In this document: one piece after another, positions 11,623 through 23,287 of the stretch | Numbering within the stretch: position 1 is the first letter of the stretch | Layout: every line of letters starts with the position of its first letter | Source: Fonticula-like sp. SCN 57-25 | Lineage: Eukaryota | Direction of reading: 5' to 3' | Assembly (NCBI GenBank): GCA_001724245.1 | Contig: MEDX01000034.1 | Location: 1-37,419, forward strand | Length of the DNA stretch: 37,419 nt | Position numbers and translations under genes: made by a program | The notes under the pieces: model-generated | Told to the model about the DNA's origin: nothing | What the model saw: the letters and a program-made list of their open reading frames with translations, nothing else | Database searches by the model: none

Positions 11623-12809
11623 ATGTCAAAGCCCACGGCGCTTGAGCGACTGGCGGCCGTTCTGCACGCCGACCAGGATCTGTCACTACCAGTGGGCGCT
11701 ATTCTGGTGCTCACTGCTATCGTTAAGGACAGTGAAGGTTTGCCGCTCTTGCACGTTGACTCTCTTTGCGTGTTCTGACGTCGCATGGTTGGCCCAGCCT
11801 CGACAACCTCGGAGCTCATTATGGAGCTCGAGGAGGCGGCCAAGGTTCTCGCGGTCGAGACCAAGCGCTCGATATCACTTTCAGCTGGCTGCGGCCTTTT
11901 CCTTCGCTTTGTCACGCGGACGTCGATGGACGTGACGGTGCGGCTTCACCTTGAGCATTCCGCGGCCCTAATCACATTTGTACCAGGATTTTCAAGAGTT
12001 GAGAGAGAGGATTATTGAGCGCGGCGAGTCGTTCCTGGAGCGCGCAGTTATTGGCAAGGAGCGCGTTGCGCGCCTCGGCGCTCAGTTCATTCACGACGGC
12101 ATGGTACTTTAGGCGAGCTTTGCAATGGTCGAGGGCCTAACTAGTCGCTACTTTGCTCAGGTGCTCCTAATCCATTCGTACTCGCGCATGGTCATCGGTC
12201 TCCTGCTACAGGCGGCCAAGTCCAATAAGCGCTTCACGGTATATATCACAGAATCGCGGTCGACGGACAGCGGGTACTGCATCTTTCTAGCTCTTCTTCT
12301 CTTTCCCTTTGTTAATCGCAGCCGTCGTGGTCGACAGGTACTGGGCCGCGCGCCAGCTTCAAAAGGCGGGAATCCCCGTCGAGGTTGTCCTGGACGCCGC
12401 AGTGGCGTTCGTGATGGACAAGGTGGACATTGTGCTTTCTGGCGCCGAGGGCGTCGTTGAGAGCGGTGGCATCATCAACCAAATTGGCACGTACCAGGTG
12501 GCAGTGGTGGCCAAGGCCGCCAACAAGCCGTTCTACGTCGTCGCGGAGAGCTACAAGTTTGTCCGCATTTTCCCGCTCAACCAGAACGACCTGCCGTCCA
12601 CCGCCACCAGCAACCTCAACTTTGTCCATGATAGCATCAAGGGCGAGTCGTCCTGCAGCTGCAAAGTACACCCCCACTCGAAGGACTTTCCATTACTGGC
12701 GCCATCGGTCGACTACACCCCGCCAAACTACATCACGCTCTTGTTCACGGACCTCGGCGTGCTCACACCGTCGGCCGTAAGCGACGAGCTCATCAAGCTC
12801 TACTACTAG
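11623..12809 (+). CDS. EIF2B1: Translation initiation factor eIF2B subunit alpha
   Basis: Spliced product contains [71 protein letters not shown] and [30 protein letters not shown], all characteristic of eIF2B-alpha/GCN3. Confidence 0.95.
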
Positions 12810-13002
12810 ACATGCCGAGGAAGCGGCACTTTTCGCATTCGATTTGCGCTACTCATTCATTGCTTTTATAACATTCTGTCACATAAACCACACACGACAA
12901 AGGAAAGGGACTGGGTTCAAATAGAAATAGGCACCATACAAAATTATGAAAAGAACTAAACCAAGAGCGCACGCGGATGGCCCGCCATTCGCGTGTGCTG
13001 CA

Positions 13003-13554
13003 CTAGAGCGCCGCGCCGCCAGACTTGAAGACGCGCTTTGGCCTGTGCACAAACACTTGCCAGACACTCAACGGAAACACGACAAGGCCGATGATTAGCA
13101 TCGCGACTCCACCGTCCTCTATTCAAACCAGCCCCTCAGCGTTAGCCCAATGCGCAGCGACTTAATAGGGCGGCGTACGGTTCACTCCCGCGCAGACGCC
13201 CCCCGGCGGCGGCGTTCCGATGGCCGCCAGGTAGGTGAACCTCAAGCATGTAATACCAAATGCAATAAGAAGAACGCCTCCAATGCAAAAAGACGCAGCC
13301 AATATAAGCTGCGGCCACTTGTTTTCAAAGCCCACTGCGACGGCTGCGCTGGCGGGCCGCGAAGTCGCACCGGTAAGGGAAATTTCGGTCTGCGGGAAGA
13401 GGATCGACCGACGGTTTCCTGCGCTCGCCGGCGTGTCCAAGATCGCATTATCTGTCCCGCGCACAATCCTCGGCCGCATTACGACAACGGGCTCGGCCTC
13501 TGGCTCGTCATCCTGCCGGTCCACTTCGTAGTCATCCCCGCCCCAGTCGTCCAT
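13003..13554 (-). CDS. Two-transmembrane protein, TMEM230/TMEM134-like
   Basis: Acidic N-terminus, TM1 LILAASFCIGGVLLIAFGI, a 60-nt intron at 13119-13178, then TM2 VAMLIIGLVVFPLSVWQVFV and a basic tail. The spacing and the LIIG..VF pattern resemble TMEM230/134 from memory. Confidence 0.6.
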
Positions 13555-13621
13555 GGTGTTTTGCTTGACACGACAGGTGCTGACCGACCGAACGGGTTGG
13601 ATACAAAAATGCTCGCATGTG

Positions 13622-13669
13622 ATTGGTGCGGATGAACCTCGAACTATCGTGATTGGATAATGTAATTGG
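13622..13669 (-). promoter_or_regulatory. Cluster of three CCAAT boxes upstream of the 2-TM gene
   Basis: ATTGG at 13622, 13652 and 13665 in a 135-bp intergenic gap. The first two are 30 bp apart, a typical NF-Y spacing. Confidence 0.4.
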
Positions 13670-13689
13670 AACAAAATAAAGAATGAAAG

Positions 13690-14352
13690 TTACAAGGCAT
13701 GAGGGACAAAATGCAAGAGGGCAGGAGACGGGGCCTCGAGGGAGTAGTTGGTGATGGTTTCCTCGTTGGCCTGGGTGAAATAGCCGCGTGCGGTGTTGCC
13801 TGAAAGTACCCCTGGAAGCCAAATGGCGTCGTCGCCCCACATGAGCTTGTATGGGATATCCTACGGCGGCGGTCATCATCAGTCGTGCGCCCCGCACTTT
13901 CCACGCACCCAGCGCGTACCTGCAAGTCAAACCATTGCGGCCGCATCTCGTCGCTCTCTTGCGGCGTGCCGGTGAACTTGTGGCACAGAAAAACTCGCAC
14001 GTGCAGCAGTTTGTTGAGCGTCGCAATGTCAAACGTCATCTCGGCTACTTCCACCAGCTCCTGAGCGACGAGCCCGCTCTCTTCCAGCAGCTCTTTGGCA
14101 ACTGTTTAGCCAGCAAAACAACGCGCGTGCCAATCACCTGACACCGAAATTACCCCTTTTCCTTTTCGTACCCCGCGCGGCAGCCTCCAGGAGCGTCTCT
14201 CCCTGCTCAATCTTTCCACCAAAGCCGTTCCACTTGTTCATGCCAAATCCACGCTTCTTCATGCCAAGCAGAATGCGGGCGCCCACCATGCCTTCCGCCT
14301 CGCCGTCGATGGGGTACACCAGCGTGAGCTCCTGTGTCGGCCTTTCGGTCAT
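13690..14352 (-). CDS. NUDT1: Oxidized purine nucleoside triphosphatase (MTH1-type Nudix hydrolase)
   Basis: [41 protein letters not shown] (Nudix box), [10 protein letters not shown] and [15 protein letters not shown] are MTH1 signatures. Three exons. Confidence 0.93.
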
Positions 14353-14441
14353 CGTTTCGTCGCTGCCTGATCTGGAGGTGGTTTGGCGCCACTCCAGCCG
14401 GCCAATCAGATCACGTCTAGAGAAAAAGCGTGCTGAAGAGC
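14353..14441. promoter_or_regulatory. 89-bp bidirectional promoter with E2F-like and CCAAT motifs
   Basis: Lies between two divergent ATGs. Contains TTTGGCGCCA (14382-14391) and GCCAATCAG (14401-14409). Confidence 0.45.
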
Positions 14442-15140
14442 ATGGACGACGTGGTGCAGGTGGACGAGTTTGAGTTTGAGGCGTCGGTCTCCCCGCCGCT
14501 GACGCGGCCAACGTCGCCGGCAGCGCCACTTGTGCGAACGCATGTTGAGCCAGCGCCGCTGCAGCTCGCTTCTAGGCTCAATGGCGGTGTGACGTCGCCA
14601 TCGCGATCCCCGCGTCGGCGCCGTGTGCCCGAGCGACTGGACGCCGCCCTACTTATGCAAACGACGCGGCTGCACCGGTTCGAACCGTCAGCGGACGCCG
14701 AGACGATGACGTATCGCACGCCGCTACAGATCCAGGAGGACGCGAGGAGGAAGCTATGGGAGTCGACGATCTTTGTGGAGGTGGATGAGCTGCGGCCGCT
14801 TGGATTCCTCCGTGGGGAATCTGTCAAGCAGCAGCTCGAGAAGGAGAGGAGGGAAGTTTCGTCATCGTCCGATTCAGAAGAGGACACAGTGTACTCGTCC
14901 GACATTCTGCATCTAGACTCTCCGGCAAGCTCGGAGGCGGACGAGTTGCACGACGGCAGCAGCACAGAGGCACTATCGGCCGACTGGCTGCCACCGTTTC
15001 ACATGGAGCTGCCTGTGGCGCGGGAAGGGAGAGGGGCGGACCACGTGCAGCAAGAAAAGGACGCGGACTGGTTGAAGGGGGCCTCGCTTGCTTGGGAGGC
15101 TGCAGGGATGGCCCGGCCCGCTTTCGCTCTCCACACATAA
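14442..15140 (+). CDS. Hypothetical acidic, largely disordered protein (232 aa, intronless)
   Basis: Open frame with GC3-rich codon usage like neighbouring genes, a good start context (gagcATGG) and an AT-rich 3' flank. SP-rich N-terminus, RRRRVPERL basic motif, acidic S/D/E tract. No family recognised. Confidence 0.7.
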   Translation: MDDVVQVDEFEFEASVSPPLTRPTSPAAPLVRTHVEPAPLQLASRLNGGVTSPSRSPRRRRVPERLDAALLMQTTRLHRFEPSADAETMTYRTPLQIQEDARRKLWESTIFVEVDELRPLGFLRGESVKQQLEKERREVSSSSDSEEDTVYSSDILHLDSPASSEADELHDGSSTEALSADWLPPFHMELPVAREGRGADHVQQEKDADWLKGASLAWEAAGMARPAFALHT

Positions 15141-15367
15141 CACGGCACACGGCAACGCGCGTGTCGTTTTGTAATCCTAGCTGCATGTATTTTTTTTAAT
15201 TCTTGGCCGCCGCAGAATGGCTCTTTCATAGCGAAAGGAGGCTTTATAGTTTGTGCCAACTCGGATTGAATATATAGTTGTATTCAAACATGGTAGTGAT
15301 ACATAAATTAGTAAACTGAATAGAGTACACGAACGGGTCAACATCCAAAAATACTTTCGCTTTTCTC

Positions 15368-16893
15368 TCAGCGCATGCTCGGCGATGCGCCAGGGCTCGC
15401 CTTTGGTGAAGAAAAGGAAAATCTCCCCAGCACACGAGGGCACGACACGCGCAGGGCCAGCGTAACCAGCCAGAGACCACCGACAACGAACAGCATGTAA
15501 CGTAGTCCCGCCATCTGCGCCTGCTGCGCCACAATAATCTGCCGCATTTCCTCCAAGGCCCCTTCGCCCCCTTTCACCTGCATCGCAAGCGCCTCGACGC
15601 GCTCCGACAGTTGCGAGTGCGACAGCGAGAGACGCGCGTTGCGCTGGCGGTTCTGCCTCTGGACGGAATTGAGGGCTGCAAAGAAAAGGACGCCACAAAC
15701 ATTGAGCATCGCGCTACTAGTCAATGAGGCTACGTACCTTCATTGAGCGCCTGCCGCTGCACGTCGAGATAGCGAGCTGTGAGGGTCGCATTGGCTTCCA
15801 AGCGGGAGAGCCGCCGCGTGAGCATTGTGAAGATGCTCTCTTCGGAAGCGTCGTCCTGCCGCCACGCGTCGTCATCCGGCGACTAGAGAAGCCGTGTGTT
15901 AGTTGCAAGTCACACTGGCCGCGCCTTCTCGTCCACACAGCGTACCCTTCCAACGTCGAGCGTGTCCTTGAAGCGCGCAAAGTACTCAACATCGTAGGAC
16001 TCGCTGCCGTCGCCGTCGGGTGCTTCGCTCGAGCCACCCCGGTCTGCCGGGATCGCTGCGAGCGCGTACTGCTGCTGCCCCGAGTTAATAATCCGCGGCG
16101 GAACCTGGTTCTGCTGGAATGCCTGCATCATGGTGACGCCATGAACTCTGAGGCGCGTGAGAGGGCAGTAGTGCTCGTTGTTGTAGTGACTGTGGATGTC
16201 GATGCGGATGTAGCGCGCCCAGAGCCTCGGCGCTTCGATGGCAAATATCTGGTCCGTGCGAGCATTCGCGGCGGTGTATTCTCCAAGCGTCGTCCACGCG
16301 TCCATTTGCTCGGAGGGCGGCAGCGTGCCGCTCGCCCTGACAGAAAAGTCGCGAAAAACTCCCGAAAACAGCTCGTGGTTCCCAAGCACCACCGTGTCAA
16401 TGAGAATGCTGTCGCACAGTTCAACGACAACGAATTTCGGGTCAGCAGTGCACGGCAAGAGCATGTAGCGGTCGCGGTCCTCGATCTGGATCGCCGTCAC
16501 GCCCTGCGCTTCCTTGCTCGCCATCACCACTTTGGCGCTGCAGTCAATCGAAGCATAGTTGAAGCGGTCGTCAGTTACACCGCGCCAATCAGGCGAAGCC
16601 TTGCCCTGGGAGCCGCCACCACTGTCACCATTAATTCCGCGGTCAAAGACGCTTCCGTCGCCACTGCCGCCGTTCAACGTGTCTCTAAAGTGCACGTCAT
16701 GCGTTGAGGACCATTCGGAGAAGGTCGGAACCCCAAACGGTACGGGGCCAAGGAGACCGCCCCCGACAGGCTTGAGCGGGCTTTGATACAAATTATCAGT
16801 CGTGTTGAAGTCGAGAGAGTACCACGACTCGGACGCGCACTGCGTGGCTAATAAAGCCACCGTGATCGCCCACGCGAAACCTATCCGCGTCAT
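15368..16893 (-). CDS. Mid-SUN domain ER membrane protein (SLP1/SUCO-like)
   Basis: Signal peptide MTRIGFAWAITVALLATQC; SUN domain RFNYASIDCSAKV...DRDRYMLLPC...FVVVELCDSILID...GNHELFS...WARYIRI...YCPLTRLRVHG; conserved ESIFTMLTRRLSRLEANATL..RYL; coiled coil; C-terminal TM. Three exons. Confidence 0.9.
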
Positions 16894-16994
16894 GCACGCA
16901 CGCACGCACACACCGATGCAAACTGCAAACTGGGTCCGTTGTGGAACGCTTTGAAGCCGACCGAATCCGACCAAACCGACTTCAGGGCGAAGAG

Positions 16995-17406
16995 ATGGCG
17001 GACAACAATGCAGCTGGTGCGCCCTCGGGCGGGGTGCCGTCACCGTCGACCCCGCAGGAGCTCAACTCTTTTGTGCGTACCATTACCATGTGTATGATGG
17101 CGAACATTGTAGCTAACGTTTCATGCGGTTGCGCTTAGGTTGAAAATCTTCTCACCACGATGGTACGCAGGGACGCTTTTTGATTGTCGACTAATGTGTG
17201 TCGATTGCGCCAAACAGCAAGTACGGTTCGAAGACATGAGCAAGCAGATTCTCTCGAAAAGTGCGCTTTGACATGTTGGGGTGTGCACCGCTAACTTTTT
17301 GGCGTTAGTCGACGACATGAACGCGCGCGTGGACGAGATGGAGAAGAACATTGGGGCCCTCATTGAGCAGGCGAACGTTGCCGAGGGCCAGCCAGGGAGC
17401 AAGTGA
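16995..17406 (+). CDS. HSBP1: Heat shock factor-binding protein 1
   Basis: Exons 16995-17072, 17139-17162, 17218-17260 and 17309-17406 give ...TPQELNSFVENLLTTMQVRFEDMSKQILSKIDDMNARVDEMEKNIGALIEQA..., matching the HSBP1 coiled coil. Not recoverable from the ORF track. Confidence 0.92.
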
Positions 17407-18002
17407 AGTTGCCTCATTGAATAGCTCATCTCTGTGTGCAATAAAGCATAAAATATGGATGTGATGTCGATGGAAAATGACGCCGAGTCGTTGGTGTGCA
17501 AGGCGGATAAAAGCAGCACCTTCGCTGTCGTCCGTTGACGGCCGCTTGCTGTCTGTTGCCCCACTGTGTTGCTCCTTTTAAATTTATTTTTTATAAAGTG
17601 GACTTTTTCTTTCGTTTGCTGGTTTATTTTTATCATCTGCCGTCCCGCTTTCGCGCAACGGATATGTTCTTGGCCCTGCGCGAAAGTCTGAATTGCACAC
17701 AGTGGATAAAAGAGTGCAATACAAAGCGAGTGCATTTTATTCTTTTATACAGCAATCCGCGACCTGCAAGGCGGCCGTTGGTATAATTATTTCTGAGTCT
17801 CTATCGATCCCCGTTTGCTACATTAGACGGGAGCACTGCACCACGGTCCCCGGGGTGAGATGCGCTATGGTAATAGGCCCGACCGCTGATATGAATTTAA
17901 CGCCATTCAGCGCCCTCAATTGCAAAGGCCGTCAATTGCCCTGCAGCCCCCCTTACAACTTGCCGACGTCGAATTCAGAGTGCTGTTTTCGTTGAGCGAT
18001 AG

Positions 18003-18044
18003 CCAATAAAAAAGCGCGCCAAATCTCCTGGATGTTTGACCAAT
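18003..18044 (+). promoter_or_regulatory. Two CCAAT boxes flanking an E2F-like GCGCGCCAAA upstream of RAB3GAP1
   Basis: CCAAT at 18003 and 18040 and GCGCGCCAAA at 18014-18023, about 50-90 bp before the ATG. Confidence 0.4.
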
Positions 18045-18091
18045 CACATCGTGGCTTCGCGCGTCATCACTGACTGCGGCAGCGTTGAAAC

Positions 18092-21000
18092 ATGGCCGAC
18101 GATGAGGAGGGCGTCTTTGAGATCGTCGATCACTCTGCGGCTTCGCAATGGGAGCGGTTTGTTGCGTCAATATGCGAACTATTAAGCGGCTGGCGGCTTG
18201 GTAGTGACCTGTCAGCGAGCACGCTTCTGCATTCGAGCTTCCTTGCTCAGAGCACGGGCACCGAAGCCCCGGCGGCTCACAGCGGCGTCTTGGACGAGAT
18301 CGTTTTGTATAACAACCAGAGTTATTCTCTAACGTATTTCCCTGCTGGTGCGTGTCATTTCATTTTTAATTGTTGCCTTTTCATTGATTCCGCGTATTTT
18401 AGTGGCGGGGAATCCAGACACGCGGTGGCGAACGGTACGCGCCCTTGTCGCGCACGTTTATTAGTACGCTAATCACTGTCGTGTGCCGCAGAGGCACCAT
18501 ACGCTCCAAGAATGGCACGATGTGGGCGACATGCTTCTTCTGGGACCCAACACAGACGACGTTGTCGCGCAGTCGACCGCGACGATGCTGTTGTCTTCGC
18601 TGTGCCTCGCGCAGCAGGAGGCTGGGTCCGTCGATCTTTCCTCTCCCTTTCTCGCGCGCTTATCTAACCGTGTTTTTGGCAGAACTTTGCTACCTTGCTT
18701 TGTTCCGGTTGGCCATCTGGCCGATCAGCGGTACATTGGAAGCGCCATGCTGCCGGACGGCATAGAGCTCAATTTTAGCGTGTCCCTCGAGCGCCGGATC
18801 CCAAAGGCGCTGGCGCATCTTCCGTCTCTCTGGGCGCTTCTTGAGAGCAAGATCCCGCCGCGCCCGGCCGAAGAGGAGCCCCAGAGTCTTATACCGACGT
18901 GCTCGGCGCGCTACGCATTCGATATGCACAACTCGTATCGCGACGAATGGCGCTCATCGATTGTCCCGTCGGTGCGTGCCCCCGCACTTGTTTCATTTGT
19001 CGCATTTTGCTCAAGCGGTGGCCCAGGCGAACCCGTTTCACGTGCTGTCGTGGGGCCCCTTGGTGGACCCTCTCGGTCACATTTCTCTGTCCGCCGAGTG
19101 GTCCGCTCTGCCCGAAGAGAGCGTCACAGACATTGATTTTGGTGAGCGCCTGGACGTTGCCGCGGCGGATGCCTGGCGCGCCTCTGCGCATTTTCGCAAG
19201 CGCATCCGCTCGCCTGCCGCAGCGTCGTTTCGTCAGCTCGTGGCCGCGGCACTAGAGCTGTGCTCGGTGTCGCTCGAGGGCCTGGTGGACGTGGCGGGCG
19301 ACGACGGCGTCGGGGCGCGCCTTGTCAACACGGTTGAGTCGACCCTCCAGCACGTGCTTGGCTCTGCCCGGCGAGGCAACGCCAGCGACATTCAGTCGCC
19401 CATCTACATTGCCGCTGCCGTCGCAGCGACGTTTGGCGAGTCGGCACCGCGCGTCGACCGCTTCGACGGCGGCGACAGCGACGACGATGATGACCGCGAT
19501 GCAGAAAAGCCCGCGGAAAAGGACCGACCGGCGGCCGACGCGGCCGACCAGGTGGACAGCATCATTGCGAATGTAAAGTCGGCGCCGCCAGGGTCGGTCG
19601 CGTGGCGCATCGGCATTCTTCTCGCTTCGCTCATCGAGGACAGGAGCATGCAGGTGCGCCTTTTGCTTTCACTGCCCATGTGCCTGCCATTTTTGTGCTC
19701 ACATTCGCCTTTATATTACAATGATTGTGCGACGAAATAGGCGCTGGCGCAGTTTTGGAACGAGTTTGTGCGCCGGACACGTCTTTCGTGGGAAGGCCGC
19801 GTGCCGGTAAAGTGCGTTCCAGCTGGCCCGCCCAACCTGCGCAACTGCCTCCTGCACCAGAAGCTTCAGATGCTCAACTACTGCATTGTGCGGTCGAGGG
19901 CGCGCTCGTCTCGTCTCGACCCTGAGCGATCGTTTGACATGGCCGACTCCCCGTCCCCCCTGGACGCCGGCGCGTTCTCTGACACCGACGTCGTCTCAAA
20001 CTCTGGAGCGTACTCTGACCCTGAGCTGATTCCGTCCGACGTGGACGACAGCGACGACGACGACGACGTCTTTTACGACACGTTTGAGAGCGCAGAAGAT
20101 GCGGCGTCGGGCGGCATGTCGGGCGCCGTGAGCCGCGGCGCGAACCGCCAACTGGATGCGCTGTATCTCCTGGAGAACCCGTCGCGTCCGCTGATGGTGC
20201 CGCACACGCAGGACCTTGGCGCCATGACCGAGGATATGGTGGAAGAGCAGCAGGCGGTGTTTGAGCAGCTTGGCACATCAGCGGATGGCGCGCTCGCTCG
20301 CGCCCGCTTGCAGGTTGCATCGCTGGAGAGCGACATGTCGGCGTTCAAGGCAGCGAACCCGGGCTGCGTCCTGCAGGACTTTGTGCGGTGGCACTCGCCC
20401 AACGACTGGGCACCGGAAGGCACGGCGCCGCTCGGCCGACTCAGTGCTCGCATGGAGGAGCCCGGGAACCTGTGGCGCACAACATGGGAGGCGGTACCAG
20501 CGGTGCCCGCAGACAAGCAAAAGCCGCTTTTCAACGCGGAGCAGGAGGCAAACAAGGTCCTCCACTATATCGAGAATCTCAGCATCGCAGAGCTGATAGA
20601 GCAGTACGCACTGTCACACGCGTGATGAGCGCGAGTACTGATGTGCTCGCCATGTACATAGGATGCTCCCCATCGTGTGCGTCGCATTCATCGAGTCGCT
20701 CTTGAGGTGCGAGCAGTTGCGGCGCGTCCCTTCTGTCACGGCGCGCCTAGGCGAGTTCACTGACCGTGTGAGCCGCTTCCCGTGGCGGTCGCTGAGGTGC
20801 GCCTCTTTTTTGAAATCCTATTTTGCCAACATTCGCGCGCAGCGACATGTCGAGCCACACGGTCGACGCGCTGAATGAGCTTTTGTTGTCGATGCAGCGG
20901 GCCGAGGACGAAGCGGCTCGCGCCACGTCGCTTCTTAGCCAGTTGCCCGGCCAGGCAGCGTTTGTGGAGAAGCTGCTGGCGTCCGATACGTCGCCGGTGC

Positions 21001-21224
21001 TGCTCGATAGGCACGAGCGCGCCCTCATAGGAAAGCTGTTTGTCGAGTCTAGTGGGCGCATGGCATTTGCCTCGCCAGAGTCCCGCGAGTTTGTCATCTC
21101 TGTCACGGCCCCGCGCCCACACTGTTCGTCTCGGCCCGTCCCGCTGCGGATGTACGCGTCGTTTAGGGCAAACGAGCTGCGAATCGCAGAGACGCTAGGG
21201 CAGGATACGGTCTTTCTGCAGTGA
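18092..21224 (+). CDS. RAB3GAP1: Rab3 GTPase-activating protein catalytic subunit
   Basis: N-terminal VFEIVDHSAASQWERFV, VKSAPPGS, PNLRNCLLHQKLQMLNYCI, PHTQD..AMTEDMVEE, SLESDMSAFKAANPGCVLQDFVRWHSPNDW, GRLSARM..PGNLW, and C-terminal REFVI...P.RMYA....ELRIA. Multi-exon. Confidence 0.93.
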
Positions 21225-21480
21225 TCACGCTTTGGGGCGATATCTAGGTGGATTGGGGCTGGCTTAACTGTATCCTTTTGATGGGCGGCGGCAATGAGAA
21301 ACATATTTTGTTCCGTGGCCAGTATCGCATGACAAACATTCGATCGCTGTTCACGCGCGGCGCGCCGCATTGAAACTTGTATAAAATGCATTGTTTGGAT
21401 ATGAAAAGCTCTACAAGAAACACAATATACACGATACGAAGAGCGGGAAACAGGTCCTCTCGACACCCTGCCCGAACGGC

Positions 21481-23149
21481 TCACAGCTCGACCTTTGCAA
21501 ACACGCGCTGGCCGTCCTCTGCCTGCTCTGTGAATACAATCTCATTGGCATTCCCGTCTTCCCCCCTCGTCACTCCGACGCGGCACTCCTTTGGCAGCCC
21601 TGCGAACACCCCCCCTGCGTCGCCGCCTTCGTGGAGCTCGAGCGTCCCGTCGTGCCAGCGTCTTTTGCGCTCGCCAGCAATGTACTCTTTGAACCACTGC
21701 TGCTCGAGCTTGAGGTGGATGCGCCTTGTGAGCCTGTTGTGCGCGCCGACCGCGCGGTCGCTAACAGACCGCCACGCGTCCGCGCCGCCGCACTTTCGGC
21801 ACACCCATGCGAGCTGCTTGAGGTGTCCCTCACGCGGGATGAACGGGTAGTGGCACATCTGGTGGTAGCCCCACCGGCAGCAGTCGCAAATTACAATCAC
21901 ATTGCCCGCCTGCGGTCTCGCATCGCCGCACTCCTTGCACGGCGTCTGCGCCACGCGCTGCGCCGCCAGAGACGCCTTGCGCGCAGCGGCGGGGACATAC
22001 GGCGCCGACGGGTGAATGTGCGTCGAAGAGCCAGACGCCGACGCCGACGCCGACGACGCCGCGGCAGACGACGGGACGCGGCCCTTTGGCGCAATCAGCA
22101 CGACCGACTTTGGCGTAGAGTTTAGATGTGCCGAGGCAGCGTCCGAACTGCTCGCGACACCGCCCTCGTGCGCCGCACCGCCCGCTGACAGCATGTCCGC
22201 GTCGTAACCCTCCGGCTCGGCGACGGGCTTGAACATGGACGATGCAGACCACGAGGCCGACTGGCGTTTGCGGCTGCTGCGGTGGTAGTCATAGTCGGCA
22301 AAGCAGTTCGTCCCTTCCTTTGCGTCCATCTCGCGAATGCTCTCGCCGACGTGCTCGCCAAGGTGCGCCACCATCATCGTCTTGTCATTAAACCGCTCCG
22401 TGCTGCGCGCCACAGGCCGTCAGAAAAAGGGCCAGCAACAGAAAAAAAGGCTTCACGTACCATGTTCCCCACCGGCACGTTAGCGGAGCGAGAAACTTTT
22501 TAATGTGGCCCTGCACGTGGTTCCTAAACGTGCGCCAGTTGGGCAGGCCTTGCCGGCACAGCGCCCACTTGCACTGAAAGTTTTGCGCCGGCAGCATCGA
22601 GTCGTCCATCGGCACTTCCACCTGGCTGCGCTTCCCGGCAAGGGTGTAGCGATTCACAGAGCGGAACGTACGCATCATACCCTGCGAGGTGGCCACCGCA
22701 GCAGCAGCGGCGGCCGTAGAAGAGGTCGTCAGCGGTATGCTCGGGCTGACGGATTCCGGTCCGGACGAAATCGGGGCAGCCAAAGCGTGGCTCTGGAGAT
22801 GAGGATGAGGGCGACTGGACAGCGATGACGACGACGACGAGGCATCACCATCGGCGCCATACATTTCCGAGTCGCGGCCGGTGAAAAGCGCAAGCGCCGC
22901 AAGGCCGCGTCCATGTGAAGGCGCAGCGGGCGGGACATACGGGTGCGCCGACTGAGGTACATGCGGCTGAAGAACAAAGGATCCGGGGCCGGGCAGCAGT
23001 CGATTGGGCATCAGAACCCCACTCGGTCCCATCGGCAACCGAATCGGGGCATCAAGAGAGGGCTGAAGAGGAGGAAGCGTCACGGGCGCGCCAGTGTAAT
23101 GAGGTATATTTGTCAGGTCAGGAAGACCGCCAAGGCTACGCGGATCCAT
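21481..23149 (-). CDS. Chromatin-type protein with two tandem CWCH2 C2H2 zinc fingers and a PHD finger
   Basis: FQCKWALC..x12..HVQGH and, across intron 22403-22460, LTCRWGTC..x12..HLGEH. PHD: CKEC...VICDCCRWGYHQMCHYP...WVCRKC (C4HC3). Pro-rich N-terminus. Confidence 0.85.
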
Positions 23150-23287
23150 CGCGAACCGCACACGCCAACGACCGCCAACACAAAAAAATATAACCAAAAA
23201 AATCACCCATTCCAGCTCATTCACCTATATGAGATACCCGACGCAGACATACCGAAACCGACCCACTGTCTGACCGGCTGAACGAGG

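Noticed and set aside
17404-17545. Selenocysteine readthrough of the HSBP1 TGA (K-U-S-C-L-I-E*) with a 3' SECIS
   Set aside because: HSBP1 homology is complete before the TGA. The downstream ATGA/GTGA candidates lack a correctly spaced helix II and AA loop.
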